64,000 bases of DNA from Chrysomallon squamiferum. Lineage: Eukaryota > Animalia > Mollusca. Location: contig CM022666.1 in NCBI GenBank assembly GCA_012295275.1, positions 15,252,001-15,316,000 of the forward strand, given 5' to 3'. Below are positions 14,581 to 52,739 of the stretch, in pieces. How positions within the stretch are numbered: the stretch's first letter is position 1; every line of letters begins with the position of its first letter. The notes under the pieces are model-generated. The model ran no database searches. It was not told where the DNA came from and worked only from the letters and a program-made list of their open reading frames with translations. A program made the position numbers and the translations under genes.

Positions 14581-15397
14581 CAGTCAATCAATAAGCAACA
14601 AAGACAAATAAAAGGCTGACAAAAAAAACATTCAGAGTCTTAGAGTACATTTCACTGAGACAGGTCATTTTATTTTTTGTATTTTTTTGTGAACATGTTT
14701 TCTTTCAAGTTGTTAAATAATTTCTTTTATGTTCAGACCACGTGTTTCGTCATCGCATTCATATTTGAACAGTTTTGTCCTATTAAGAATTTTTCTCTAT
14801 TATGCATGAATCTATATTATAAAATCTATATTACTGCATAAAGTAACGCAGTAGTTTCGTAAACGAAAAGCCATTAACAAAATTAAATTTATATTATTTC
14901 TGCTGGTTTTTGGTTTTTTTTTTTTTTTTTTTTGTTATTTGTTTGTTTCTATTTACATGTTTGTCTGATTCATGCTCGAATAGTAAAAAAGAAAAGAAAG
15001 AAAGAAAAATATTTTATATTTCACTGTATATTTTATGTGTTCTTGTATGTCTGTTTATTCGTATGTGTTGTTTTATGTTGTATAAACATCTTGCGTTCGT
15101 TTGTGATGCTGTGTTTGCTTGTGTTGTGTTTGAGTGCATTTATCTTTGTTTACGTGTGTGTGTGTGTGTGTGTGTGTGTGTAGTGTATGTAACATTACTA
15201 CTACTCTAGTTCAAGTACTACTACTTCTACTACTATTATTACTGCAACAACATCATCTATTATATTGCTGTTGATACTACTGTATACTGTTAGTGACTAC
15301 TAACTATTCTAGTAGTAACGATTATGTTAAAGGTTATAATAATAATAAAAAAAAAAAAAATACATGTATACACACACACACACACACACAAACACAA

Positions 15398-15461
<64 letters not shown>

Positions 15462-15587
15462 ACAACAATGTAAAATCATTGTTTGTAACGAATACGTGTT
15501 TCTGGACCTCATAACAAACTCAGTGTCTATTTAGCCAGTGGCTAAAATAGATTTTTTTTCACCGATCGAGATTATTGTAAATGTCTT

Positions 15588-15619
<32 letters not shown>

Positions 15620-16047
15620 GTTTAACACCGTCACGCGCTGTCATATTAAAAAAAAAAAAAAAAATCGCGTCATACAATATCCATTTAGGATAATCAAACA
15701 AAATGTATTTTCGACACGAACGTAATATCGAAGCCAGTGGATGTGTGTTGTATTAGATGTAAATACAGATACGTTTAGAAATAAAGACACTGGATGTCAA
15801 TACAGATATTAAAGTGTGCATATGTTTGTACAAATAAATAAAAATTATTTTTATTTTTCAAATTATTATTTTATGATTTTGAGCGACATAATAATTATTG
15901 CTTTAACTATTACAATAAAATGATACTGTTACGAAATAGGTGAACGTCGCCATTTACATTCCTTGCTAGAGTTGTCGTGACAACATCACGAACTGATAAC
16001 TGTATGTGTAAATGAAGAGCAAATATGTCTGTCTAGCATGTAATGAT

Positions 16048-16324
16048 ACTTATTAAACATGTTAAAATGTAGACACTTATTAAACATGTTAAAACGTATA
16101 CGCTTATTAAGCATGTTAAAACGTATACACTTATTAAACGTTAAAAATGTAGACACTTATTAAACATGTTAAAACGTATACGCTTATTAAGCATGTTAAA
16201 ACGTATTCTTTTATTAAACATGTTAAAATGTATACACTTATTAAACGCGTTAAAAATGAAATTTATTAAACGTTAAAAACGTATACACTTATTAAAAATA
16301 TTAAAATGTATACAGTTATTAAAC
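16048..16324. repeat. 27-bp AT-rich minisatellite, ~10 copies
   Basis: Unit ACTTATTAAACATGTTAAAA(C/T)GTATAC at 16048, 16075, 16102 and onward. Confidence 0.9.
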
Positions 16325-16659
16325 AGCAGAACCCAAAATTTAGTTTGAAAGTTGTCTGCATTTTGTTACAATCCTTCAAAGACACAATACACGTATTTAC
16401 TAATTGAGATATTAGGTAGGTTAGATTCTTTAATTTATTTTTGCCTACGTATTTTATATTAGGTTTTTCAACCTATATATTATGTAGGTGATCAGTGCCC
16501 TATAGCAAATAACTATATCTATCATTATTAGGAATTCTTTGTAGTGTGTGTTTGTTTATTTTGTTTTTTGTGTTTTTCTCGTATTTACCGTCGAAGATAT
16601 TTTCACGCGTACATGATTTTTATTTCCTAGTAATCGTTATTATCATCAAACTGTATTGA

Positions 16660-16790
16660 CAGTCGTGCGGGGGGGGGGGCTTGGCGGGGTTGTGGTCATC
16701 GCCCGCTGTAGGTCGTCCGCTGATTGGATGATACGGAATCAAGACACGTGACACACGTCTGGCTCTCTGAGATCTTAATTTAGACTTTGT
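16660..16790 (+). promoter_or_regulatory. Candidate promoter/5' region of the FAIM-like gene
   Basis: Isolated GC-rich island with G-run/GGCGGGG, ATTGG (reverse CCAAT) and CACGTGAC E-box, ~900 bp upstream of the first recognisable FAIM-like exon; stops in all + frames. Confidence 0.3.
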
Positions 16791-17417
16791 ACGTCTGCTC
16801 AGAATCACTTCCCTGAAATAATGACACACTTTTGTTCAGTTAATTCGAAATTAACAATTAAATTTAACACGATTAGTTCCTGGGAGGGAGAGCGGGGCAA
16901 AAAAAAAATAATAATAAAAATAAAAATAAGAAAAGAAAAGCATTAGACTAGATAAGAAATAGCAAAACAAAGAAAAATAAACAAGAGAAATTAAATATAT
17001 AAATAGACAAATAAATAAATAAACTGAAAATAGAATAAAAATGAAAAGTGTTAAGATAACAGCTAAAAAGGTGTATGTATGCAGACATACATAATCTTGC
17101 AAAAATAAATATAAAACAGAATAAACTGAAAACACAATCTCGTGAGTTACGTTGTGAGACACATCTCAATGTATTAAGTGTTTATTTAATATTTTAGTTT
17201 TCAGCACTTCACCCAAATGGGATGATACCTTCACGCTGACGTGTATTCAGTTATTGTCTGTGTGTTGTGATTTTTGAGTCCTGTGTCATTTTTACGCAGC
17301 TACACATACACACAAACACGCATACAGTCATGTAGATCCATGTACACACACATATACCCATGCTCATACACCCACAACTATGCATATATATATATATACA
17401 CACACAAATACACAGAC

Positions 17418-17452
<35 letters not shown>

Positions 17453-17706
17453 TACGCAGAGAGAATGCCATAATGAAGGAAGTTATTCTTAGACTTTTCA
17501 CAACTATACAGGAATAAGTATTTAAAGAAGTTGTCACTCAAACGAATTTCTAATAATATTGACAGTGTTGTCTGTGTTCTGTTTTACAGTAGAGTTTTAG
17601 CTTATTCACAACTATACAGAAATAAATATTTAAAGAAGTTGTCACATAAAAGAGTTTCTAGTACTATAAAATATTGACAGTGCTTTTGTCTTGCTGTGTT
17701 TTGCAG

Positions 17707-18176
17707 GAGAGTTGGAACGTGCAAAGAGGACGGAATTGCCAGAATAACAACTCGCTGGAATCTCGAGATAAACGGGGAACAGTTCGATATAGCTTTCTGT
17801 GAGTTTCTCTTGTCTGTTTGTCCGTCTGTCTGATGCATGCATGTATGTATGTATGTATGTATGTATGTATGTATGTATGTATGAATGTATGTATGTATTA
17901 CGTACGTATGTCTGTATATATGACTATCTGTGTATGTATATATATATGTATGTATGTATTTATGTATGTATTTATGTATGTATGTGTTTAAGTATGTATG
18001 TATGTATGTGTGTATGTGTGTGTATCTGTGTATGTATGTCTGTCTCTGTGTGTGTGACTGTTTTTCATTGTCACACTTTCTCTATCTTAATATTGTCAAC
18101 CTTGCTGTGTCTTACTTGTGTAAAATATCTTTGTATATATGTATGTATTATATGTGTATGTATGTGTGTGTGTGTA

Positions 18177-18209
<33 letters not shown>

Positions 18210-18275
18210 CTTTCCATTCTTGTGAAAATCTGTGACTCTGTGTCTGTCTGGCTGTCTGTATGAATGCATGTATGT

Positions 18276-18332
<57 letters not shown>

Positions 18333-18612
18333 TGTGCATGTAGTTTATATGCCTGCATATATGTGTGTATGCATATGTGTATGTATACAAGTATAAATTT
18401 TATGTGACAAAACAATGACTATCAAAAACAAATAAATAAATATTATTTTTATATTTAGCAAGAGATAACTACCATGTGTATATTGATGGTGTCCCAGTAG
18501 AAGCCAATGTAAGTATTTTTTATTTATAGCAATTAAATTTGAATTGTGCAGATTCAGTGTTTGCGAAAGAGAAAATGAAAGAGATAAACTGTTATACAGA
18601 TAGACAGAAAGC

Positions 18613-18710
<98 letters not shown>

Positions 18711-18913
18711 CGCGAATATTCTAGAAAGATATAAAAAGCGTAAATGAAAAAAGCAACGAAATATTTTATGACTCAAAGGTCAAACTTACAATGAAAAAGT
18801 TGAAAAAAAACCCCCAAAACCTAAAAATATAACAATAATACAACTTAAAAAAAGATTAAATAAATACAATAAATACACTGCAGCTCTCTCTAATTTATTT
18901 ATTTATTTGTTTG

Positions 18914-18962
<49 letters not shown>

Positions 18963-19415
18963 TGTTGTTGTTGTTGTTATTATTATTATATTTTTTATTA
19001 TTTATTTATTTATTTTAAGAATTCTTTAATTACTAAAATGGTGGACACCATTATTAATTAATCATGACTCATGTTAACTTAGAAATGATTCTGTTACGAT
19101 CTTGCGGAAGTGCACGAACTCTTCAATTATTAAGTCAGAAAACAAGATCGCTGTCGTCTGCACGATAGCAAATTAATTTTTTACAATTTATTACACACTG
19201 TTTTCTCTTCCTTATCTGTAAGGTTTTATTGTTGAAGTTTTAATTAAAAGATATACAGTCCTACCATAAATAGATACATAAAATACAGACAGAGGCAGAC
19301 AGAGAGAGAGAGAGAGAGAAACAGAGAGAGAGAAACAGACACACAAACAGAGACAGAGTCACGGAGAGAGAGATAGACAGACCGACAGATAGACAGACAC
19401 ACAGACAGATAGAGA

Positions 19416-19466
<51 letters not shown>

Positions 19467-19739
19467 TTACATTTTATTTCCCCTTTTCAGGCTTTCCCTT
19501 CCGATCAAGAATATGACCTTGACATAACCTTTTCCCTGAAAGGCATGAAAGGTCACATCTACAGTGACGTCGAGGGTCCGGAGATGGTCAATTACCTGTG
19601 GGTCAATGACCAGCTGGTTGCTAAAGAAGAAAAAGGAGCTCCTGAAAAGAATGACCCCAAAAAGTCAATGAAAGGAGTCCCCACACCAATGAAACAGTAC
19701 ATGAAGGAGGCGAGGGATCATCGTCTGGAGGAGAAGTGA
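17707..19739 (+). CDS. FAIM1 (Fas apoptotic inhibitory molecule) C-terminal-domain-like protein, 3' three exons; 5' end not resolved
   Basis: Exons 17707-17798, 18459-18508, 19491-19739 (AG/GT bounded, phases 2-1-0, TGA stop) give RVGTCKEDGIARITTRWNLEINGEQFDIAFSRDNYHVYIDGVPVEANAFPSDQEYDLDITFSLKGMKGHIYSDVEGPEMVNYLWVNDQLVAKEEK...EEK*. This aligns by eye with the FAIM C-half (TTNTWVLHMDGENFRIVL...DVWCNGKKLET...FSIG...HTLIVDNREI). AATAAA at ~20371. Confidence 0.7.
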
Positions 19740-21461
19740 TGATGACGATGATGATGATGATGATGACGACGACGACGACGACGTGTTAATTAACGATGCC
19801 AGTTCTCGTCTTAGATTAACAGGACTCCAGTTATATATAAAAATAATTAAAATAGATACTTAGTGCTTGGTACAAATGGTTTTAAAAGGCTGAGCCGAAA
19901 GGCGACACGAAGTCATGGTACACGATTTGCACGTTTTACGTTTTGGAACGTAAAACACAAACAAACATTATAATGAACTTTATATATGTATATTATATAT
20001 TCTAGGTGTAAATTAATTCTTGAAATTTTATATTTATAGTGTTAATTGTCTAATTGTAAATTAATGTAATTTATTTATTTATTTATTCATTTATTTATTT
20101 AATATTATTTTTATTTTATTTATTACATATTGTTATTTTACTTCTGTGTTATCAATATTTCAGTTTTATTACAACATTGTACGATTACGGACATTTCAGT
20201 AACACTGAGTTTTTTGCTGTTGTTTTATCAATTTTTTTTAACTTAGTATACACCTTTAATTAGGTGTTTACGATATGACATTTTTTATTTACAGATAATG
20301 TTGGAAACTTTAAATTACTTTATTCAATCTTATTTAAGTGTGGTTCGTTTTAAAAATTTCTGAAACCATTAATAAAAATCTGCATATGGAACAAACACTG
20401 CTTTTTTCTACATATTCTAAAATACACGTACATGAATAATAATAGCTGCAGTACCTATCAGTATGTAAATTAAACATATGTTAACTTTTTAATGTACTTT
20501 TTTTTATTATTAAATTAACAATATATCACTTTCATACAAAAACTATTTTTTACGTCTGGGGAAAAGATTATTAATAATATATATTTTTTAATTTATTTTA
20601 ACATCATTAGAACGTGTTGGTTAATGTTTGATTGGATCTCACCTTCATTTTGATATATATCAAAGTTCACACACAGACATACATATATATATATTTATGT
20701 ATGTATGTATGTATGTATATGAAACCGACTACATTATCCTGTTATGAGCAATATTATTTGCAAAGCACCAAGCCATAGATAACAAAAATTAAAAAATTAA
20801 AAACAAAACCACACACACTTTGATCAGAAGCAAAATAAAGTGTTTTAAATTGGAATTCACACTCTGCACGTACATTGTTAATTTTCTTTCCTTTCTTATT
20901 TCTTTGTTCTTAACTGAAACTGCGAAATGTCCAGAAAATCTGGCAGCTACGTTGATAATACGATCTCTTTAATATATGTGTGTTGTTCTTTATTAGATTC
21001 CTCAATCAAGAATTAGGAATGTTAGTAAATACATTCAGTTTTTTTGTCAGTATTTTGATTTTTAATTTTTGTACGTTTCAAGTTTGTAAACATACACTGC
21101 ATACATGTTATATACATAAGTTCACATATATGTACAAATATATATGCATGTATGCATATCTACCTACCTACCTACCTACATATATACAGAAAGTATATTT
21201 GTACATCACAACAACAACAACAACAACAACAATAAACAAATAAGAACAACAGCAGTTGAAAGCAATAACATTCAAGCAAACATAAAACTAAGTACTGAAA
21301 AAATAAAAATAATAATAAAAAAATAAAATAATAATAGATATCTTTTTTCGATGATTCTGACCTTTTCAGTATTCAATAAAATATAATGCAATAAAATCAT
21401 AATCGGTTCTAAGAGTTAACTGAGTAAATATTTACGGTTCATGTAATATGTCAACACGCAC

Positions 21462-21507
<46 letters not shown>

Positions 21508-22403
21508 AGAGAATCCCTCCGTATTTATACATGTACATATAATCAGAAACATACTTGATGTTTTAATTTTCTTGTAAACTACATACTGTTATTTAATGCG
21601 GCGTCATTTAGATAGAATATTTATATTTTACGATTTTCTTTTCTTTGTGTAGTTTGTGTTGTCAGTGGTAAAACTTGACCTCTGACACAGTAATGTTTTT
21701 GTCTTTTGTCTTATTTTTTGTTTTTTTTAATTGTCTCAATTTGATCATTATTAACATTCGACAATAAAGCTTTAGAACAACAAGCTTCGAATTATTATTT
21801 GTTAAATTAAATTTGTGCATTTTGATACAGATTTTTTGTTCTTACTGTAGTTGTTGTTGTTGTTGTTGTTGTCGTTAAACAAGCAAAGAAAATAAAGAGG
21901 GTAAAAGGTCAAATTGAAAGCACATCAGAAATTCATAAATAAAATAAAAAAAAATAATAATAAAAATAAAGTAAAATAAATAAAATAAAATAAACAAAAC
22001 AAAACAAAACAAAACAAAATAAATAAATAAAATAAAATAAAATAAAATATTATAAATAAATAAATAAAATAAAATAAAATAAAATATTATAAATAAATTA
22101 ATAAATAAATAAATAAGTAAATTAAATTAACTTAAATTAATTACGATTTTTCTGCTACAGTTTTGATAAATCGATGATTTCAAACGAAGACAAATTAAAA
22201 TAAATACATGCATGGTAAAACGACTACGTTATTGATGTATTTGTGTTCTCGTTTTCCCCGCTTGACTGCATCTAGGTCGTGTGTGTTTATTAAACTGTGA
22301 CAGTGCACTGCTTTCAGTGGGCAGAACTTTTGATTTTGTATTGATGGTTCAAGTTTCATGTTTTTTTTAACGATAACAACAACAAAACAATAATAGGAGA
22401 AAG

Positions 22404-22457
<54 letters not shown>

Positions 22458-22887
22458 ATTAGTGAAAATAGAACACCGTCAGTGACAGTTTTATTAATTA
22501 ATTATTGTTATCTGTTGTTATTGTTGTTACGTATCAAACTTATTTTTTATCCGAAAATTCTAATTGTTTAATCTTGAAAATGAGATTCACAACAATGATC
22601 ATTCCCCCCTCCCCTTTCTGAAACTCTGGAGTCGCACCTGACAATTCAGGAGAAATAACAACAACAATATCAGCAACGTCAACACAAAGAAAAACAAAAC
22701 AAAAGAAACTCCTTTCTGCTAAAACTCTAGTTGGGTTACGTTTATTTCCATAGTAACTAATACAATAATACCTGCTACTATTCTGTTGTTGATATCGTTG
22801 TTTTAACAAACCAAGCATAATTAATAATTGAATAAACAAGCAAATAAATGGTTTAGAAACCAAAACCCCGTCCCAGAAAAAAGACAC

Positions 22888-22918
<31 letters not shown>

Positions 22919-23269
22919 ACACAATAAAAAAAAAAAAAAAAAAAAAAAAAATAAATTTTTTTTTTTTTTTTTTTAAATGGAAAACGAAAGAATTAACAAA
23001 AAAACAAACAATACCTCAAAAGAATTAAAAAAACAACAACAAAACGAAAGTAAATCGAATGAAAATAAATAAAGAAAGAAAGAAAGAAAGAAAGAAAGAA
23101 ATACTTTATCAGTTTAATTCACCGATTACATTATTTCTTATTACATACCTGCGCAATTTTGAGTACTGAAAATACTCCCATCATCACCACAGCCAGTTAT
23201 TATTATTAATATTTCAATAAATTCTGTACCCATTTTGCTTATCCATACCAGAAATAAATAATCTACAAA

Positions 23270-23312
23270 TGACGTCATCATCTTTGTTAAGACGTCATCT
23301 ACAAACCGGAAG
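23270..23312 (+). promoter_or_regulatory. Proximal promoter motifs of the WSC gene (CRE, near-CRE, ETS-like)
   Basis: TGACGTCA 23270-23277, GACGTCA 23291-23297, ACCGGAAG 23305-23312, about 45-85 bp upstream of the ATG at 23356. Confidence 0.4.
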
Positions 23313-23355
23313 CGATTTACTTGAAGACACTAAAGCCAAAGCCTAGAAGACAACT

Positions 23356-32227
<8,872 letters not shown>

Positions 32228-32265
32228 TAACGTATACAACAAGTCGTGTGAATGTGTGTGTGTGT

Positions 32266-32305
<40 letters not shown>

Positions 32306-32321
32306 TTCACAGAAATTCGTA

Positions 32322-32398
<77 letters not shown>

Positions 32399-32764
32399 TT
32401 CACAGAAATTCGTAATTGTATTTCTTCCTGAATACAGTACACATTATGAAAAACTTGAACAGAAGTGATGAAAAATACTTACATATATATTTGTATTCAG
32501 GGTAACAGTAATTACTGTGACAGAAAGGAAACTCGTTAATATAATTATTATATATATAAACAGATTGGCTGGCCTTACAGGTTGTCAAAAGTATCGCCTT
32601 CATAATAAATATTAGGTGATTTGTTTAACTTCTGCTTCATGCTTACACCATTTAATTTTGATATTTAGAGCTCTGTCGCGCTCTCATAATTTCTCTCATT
32701 CAGTAAAATTTATAACAATAACCACTATCACACCACCATCACCACCACAACAACAACAACTAGA

Positions 32765-32838
<74 letters not shown>

Positions 32839-33742
32839 AAAAGGATTCCGTAACCGAAATTCCGAAATCGAGAACATTTTTCAAGCAGCTGAGATGGTGA
32901 TATTCAGTTTTGGTATACGTAAACGTTACTTGAACCAGTTGTTAGAAATATTATACAACAACAACAACAACAGTAGTAGTAGTAGTAATAATAATAATAA
33001 TAATAATAATAGTAGTAGTAGTAGTTGTTGTTGTTGTTGTAATAATAGTATGTAGTAGTAATAGCAGCAGTAATAATGATGTTAATGACAGCGATGGCAA
33101 TAACAATAACAACATCAACAACAATAACAAATAACAAATAAAAAGTCTTAAACTGCTGGTTTAAAATTCCCGATAACATACTATCAACGAAAACTGCTAT
33201 ACTCATAATCATTTACAAAATTTGTTTAATAGCTAAGATCAGGCGATTCAACGAGTACTGATTAAACATAAGTAATCAATGAAAAGCAAAAGTATTTTAC
33301 TTACTCTGCATGTCTGTGTGTCTGTACGTCATGTATGTCAATATTTATCGCATACTTAATAAAATCGTATTCATATCTATATACAGAAAAACACGTTTAC
33401 GTCAACCTTTATGACGTCACAAAAATCTCTCGTGTAGTGTAGATTCCTCCCAAACTGTTGGAGCACCCTCAGTACTTTTGAAGCCTTTTTTTTTAATGAG
33501 AATATATTTGCATGTATATGTAGGCCGCTGCTTGTTTCTTTTTTTTATATATATATATATATTTGTTTTAGTATGTGTGTTTTTGATCATATACTTTATT
33601 ATTATTATTATTATTATTATTAATATTAATTTAACATAAGGTAAGTTAAAAGTAGTTTCATATTTAGTTATATATATATACATACAAACACAAACATACA
33701 CACATATGTTATTTGCTAATAACGCATTTGATTAGGAGAAAG

Positions 33743-33829
<87 letters not shown>

Positions 33830-34109
33830 GTATTTAAGACAAAGCCTTTTGTAACTTTTCCTTATTTTTATTTTCAACATAAACATGTCATTTATATATT
33901 TCTTAACATTTTCCATTCAGTACGATATTCTGAATAAAACCTTTTTTAATTTTTTTTTTTTTTTTTTTTAAATAATATCTTTACTGTGTGATATTGAAAG
34001 ATAAATATAAAATAAATAAATAAATAAATAAAATAAAATAAAAATTAAATCAGTAAAATATAAAAATAAATGATATGCCAGTTTTTTAATGCATATATAA
34101 ATTAAAATG

Positions 34110-49023
<14,914 letters not shown>

Positions 49024-49058
49024 TATCACAGGAAATTCACATGCTATTTTGATGATTA

Positions 49059-49089
49059 TTACGTCACGTCTGTATTTTATATGACGTCA
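49059..49089 (-). promoter_or_regulatory. Proximal promoter of the DUF885 gene (TATA flanked by CRE sites)
   Basis: Minus-strand TATAAAA at 49075-49081, TGACGTCA 49082-49089 and TTACGTCA 49059-49066, 36-66 bp upstream of the ATG at 49023. Confidence 0.45.
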
Positions 49090-49293
49090 AAACAATTCTC
49101 GGCAAGATCTGAAAAAGTTCCTGATAGCTACCACGAAGTTTAACCCATTCAATTTGAATACTCTAGCGGAAAATATATTTGTATTACTGGTAGATAGGCA
49201 GGTGTACAAATGCACAGACAGTCAGACAGATAGATGCATAGATATATAGATAGATTATTAGAGAGAGAAAAATCTATGGATTTACATACATAC

Positions 49294-49357
<64 letters not shown>

Positions 49358-51995
49358 ATGTTTATGATTCATAACATATTGATCGTATAGAAATATTTTG
49401 TAATATTTTCAAGTTGTGATGTTAACACAGTGTAGTGTACTGTTTTAGTGGAAGGGGAAAAAGTATCTGAGTTCATTGACCTTTCCCTTGTTTTAACTGA
49501 ACTGACAGACGGGGGGGGAGAGACGTTTCTAGCAAATGTATAATTATTGGTTTTGACGTCTGATGACGTAATAATCATTTGCTGGATTAAAATAAGCTGA
49601 AAATAATTTTCAATAAATATTTAAGTTTTCATTTAGAAAATTCACGAATGGTAGAAACAAGAGTAAAATTCTAGGTTGGTCTTTGTATTTGGTTCTGATA
49701 TATATATATATATATATATATCTAAAATAAAATCGTTTCTTCTTATGTGATGATTTTGCATATAGAAAAATACGTAAAGAATTTCTGAAATAAATAAGTG
49801 ATAATATTTTCTGATGTGAAATTCCCTAACAGAGAGTAAACATGAATGTTCTGTTATGTTTACAAATTCTTATTGCAGTACAGTAATTTATCTTACATCT
49901 GGAATTCAGTAAAATGTGATTTCTTTTTAGCATAAATACTTAGTTTCATACTCAGCCTACATTTACGTACATTCTCTCTCTCTCTCTCTCTCTGTATATA
50001 TATATATAAATACACATACATACATACATACACACATAAACAACTTATTATTCATACATATATAAAAACTTACATACGAACTTACATTCATAAATATAGA
50101 TATATACACACACACACACACACACAAATTTACAACCTACACGCATGCATACGTGCGTATAGACATAAATATATACATACAGTACCTACGTACAGAAATA
50201 TATACATTCGTCTACATATATATATATATATATATATTTACACACGTACACGTATACACATATACATATATAAATATGTACGTAAATATATGTACACAAT
50301 ATACAATTTGCACGCAACGAAACCAGCTTTTTACATTTAATGATAAAATAAATTAAATAGATGTCTGACGTGTGTGTGTGTGTGTATGTGTGTGTGTGTG
50401 TGCTCTCTCATGATATTCGAGCTGAACTGGGTGAGAGTTTCACAGTTTGGTTTATCGATGCAGTGGATAGAAATAGCGACAAGCATGGCGAAGAGAGCAA
50501 TACCCCAAAAACTTGAACAGACAAACACAGTAAAATCTGTAACTTAAAATTATATACAGTTACATACTGTTTCGGGAAAAAAGCCACCTTACCTAAAGAA
50601 TAATCCGCTCAAATTTTATCACATTTTTATGTTTCTTGATGTTTTATTGATTTATTTGGTTATTTTATTAACTTGTAAAGTGCACCCGCATTTGGTTGGG
50701 AGGTGGAGAAGGATGTGAGATGAAAACAAATAAACATAAAAATAAAATCGTTATCTGCTAGCGAGCACCTCAGTAGACAATGCTTAACAAATTCGTAACA
50801 TTCACAGTTAGTTTCAAACGCTCTCTCTCTGTGTTTCTGTGTCTGTATAATGTATTTGTATATGAATGTATATATGGATATGTGTGAACGTATGTATAAT
50901 TTCGCGTGTGTTTTTGTATGTAAGTACTAATATAAAAATTACAAAAATATGACAGAACAGCATATTCATCTTTATATCTATAGGGTAATGAAATATAGAA
51001 ATGATGATCATTTTAATTTCTAATTTTTTTTTTTTCCTACTTTTTTACTTTTTAATTAGTTTTTATTATTATTATTATTATTTTTTTATTTTTTTTATTT
51101 TTTTTTTTTTTACGTTTTACAAAGTGACATAAACACATGCCCATGAATAATAAAATAACAATATTAAATAGTTCGGTTGACGTTTAATTAAAAATGGATG
51201 TTATCTGCATGTAGATCTGGAATTTTTCCATTTTGTTTTTTCAGAATGTTTTTCTTAACTTAACGGGCATCTGCCCTTTTGGGATGGGACTTGGAGAAGG
51301 GGGTTGTTAGATGAAAATACATAAATCAAATCTTCATCTGGTACTGACATTTTCATTAGACATAGATTTGGTGTGAGAAAGTTGTACAAAAATCTGTCTC
51401 AACTTCATGTTCCACGACTGAATGAGAAAGTTAATATATAATTATATTTATTCACTTTAATTTAGCAAATTAACAATACACAATATATATATATGTGTGT
51501 GTGTGTGTTTCTTTTCTTGCCATTAGTTTTGTAAGATATATAATATATCCAACCTTAATAAGTTGAAATTGAAGTGTCTATCTACTGTATTTTATAAATG
51601 CGTCCTGTATTTCGTAGTATGCAACGTTGTGTTATCAGCTATGCTCCTGGGCTTTTTTCTTCTTTTCCTCTCAGCAGCCATAAACAATGTTGTGTCAATG
51701 AAACTCTCTCTTCAAACGTTTTGACTACACTTTCGAGTCCTGACGATTCTCCCACTAACGTAAGAAACATGCCATCGATAAATGAGAATAACAAAATCTC
51801 TCTCTCTCTCTCTCTCTTTCTTCCTCCCTCCCTCCCTCAAATTCTAGATAATTCGTTTCATTTTGGAAAAAAAGTAACCATATATCCGAAGAAAAAAAAA
51901 AGAAGTAAAAACCACCTAATTTATTCATGGATGACAAATATCATTGGCGAATAGAATTTTCAAGATCACGTACCACTGAATGTCTGCTGCAGCTG

Positions 51996-52079
51996 TATAT
52001 AAGCGCATAGAAATAGTCAGACGACATCAAAACAGTCTTGCACATAAAGGCATACTAATTTCGAAGACTATAAAAACTT
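51996..52079 (+). promoter_or_regulatory. TATA box and non-coding first exon of the EF-hand gene
   Basis: TATATAA at 51996-52002, ACAGTC initiator-like word ~30 bp later (~52032), GTAAGT donor at 52080; acceptor TTTTAAACAG at 52732, 7 nt before the ATG. Confidence 0.6.
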
Positions 52080-52739
52080 GTAAGTATATTTGTTATTTTG
52101 TTTAAATATCTATCAGTGTTATACAAGTTGTTTTGTTTAATTACGATTATTATTATAGTAATTTATTTAAATATCTATCATTATTGTTGTAGTAACTATT
52201 TTGTTTAAATATTATTATAGTACTTAGATATATATATATATATATATATATATATCAACATCATAGTAAAACATTAGAAGCAATAGCGACATGGTGGAGA
52301 AATGATTTTGCTGTGTTGGTTTCTGGGCGATTTTAAAATATAAATTAAAATTTATTTCGATGCATAATTATACGTTAATGTTGGGGTAAGATATTTACCA
52401 AGAACTGCAACTTATAGAATCCCAACCAAGATACAAACATTCACAAATATTTCACGACAATCAAGAAAACCCACAAAATGTCCAAGACGGACAAAACCAC
52501 TAAATGGCAGGATTTAAGATTATTCGGCAAAAACAAAAACACGAATAACTTGGTTGTACGCAAAATATATTTGGCTATTTCGTTTCGTAATGAACGATAC
52601 GTTTTAAATTGATCTATATATTTTCTTTTTAAAATGCACTTTTTTTCATTTTAGTTATTGGTCATTTCTTGGTTAACTTTATAAATAATAATAATAATAC
52701 TACTGCTACTAATAATAATACATTTTAAACAGATTTAAT

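Noticed and set aside
15526-15551. Hairpin TCTATTTAGCCAGTGGCTAAAATAGA
   Set aside because: Short and isolated; most likely part of a decayed repeat, with no supporting RNA-gene features.
17205-17240. Possible micro-exon TSPKWDDTFTL upstream of the FAIM-like exons
   Set aside because: Phase fits (2-2) but the donor GTGTAT is weak and no upstream coding exon could be linked; left out of the model pending transcript data.
33417-33490. Minus-strand peptide GFKSTEGAPTVWEESTLHERFL* as an alternative last exon of DUF885
   Set aside because: The AG is preceded by an A-run, not a pyrimidine tract, and the DUF885 CDS already ends at 34110.
50337-50600. Minus-strand signal-peptide-like ORF FWGIALFAMLVAISIHC with a nearby GTAAGG donor
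   Set aside because: The upstream frame has a stop, the ORF runs into (CA)n, and no downstream exon or family similarity was found.
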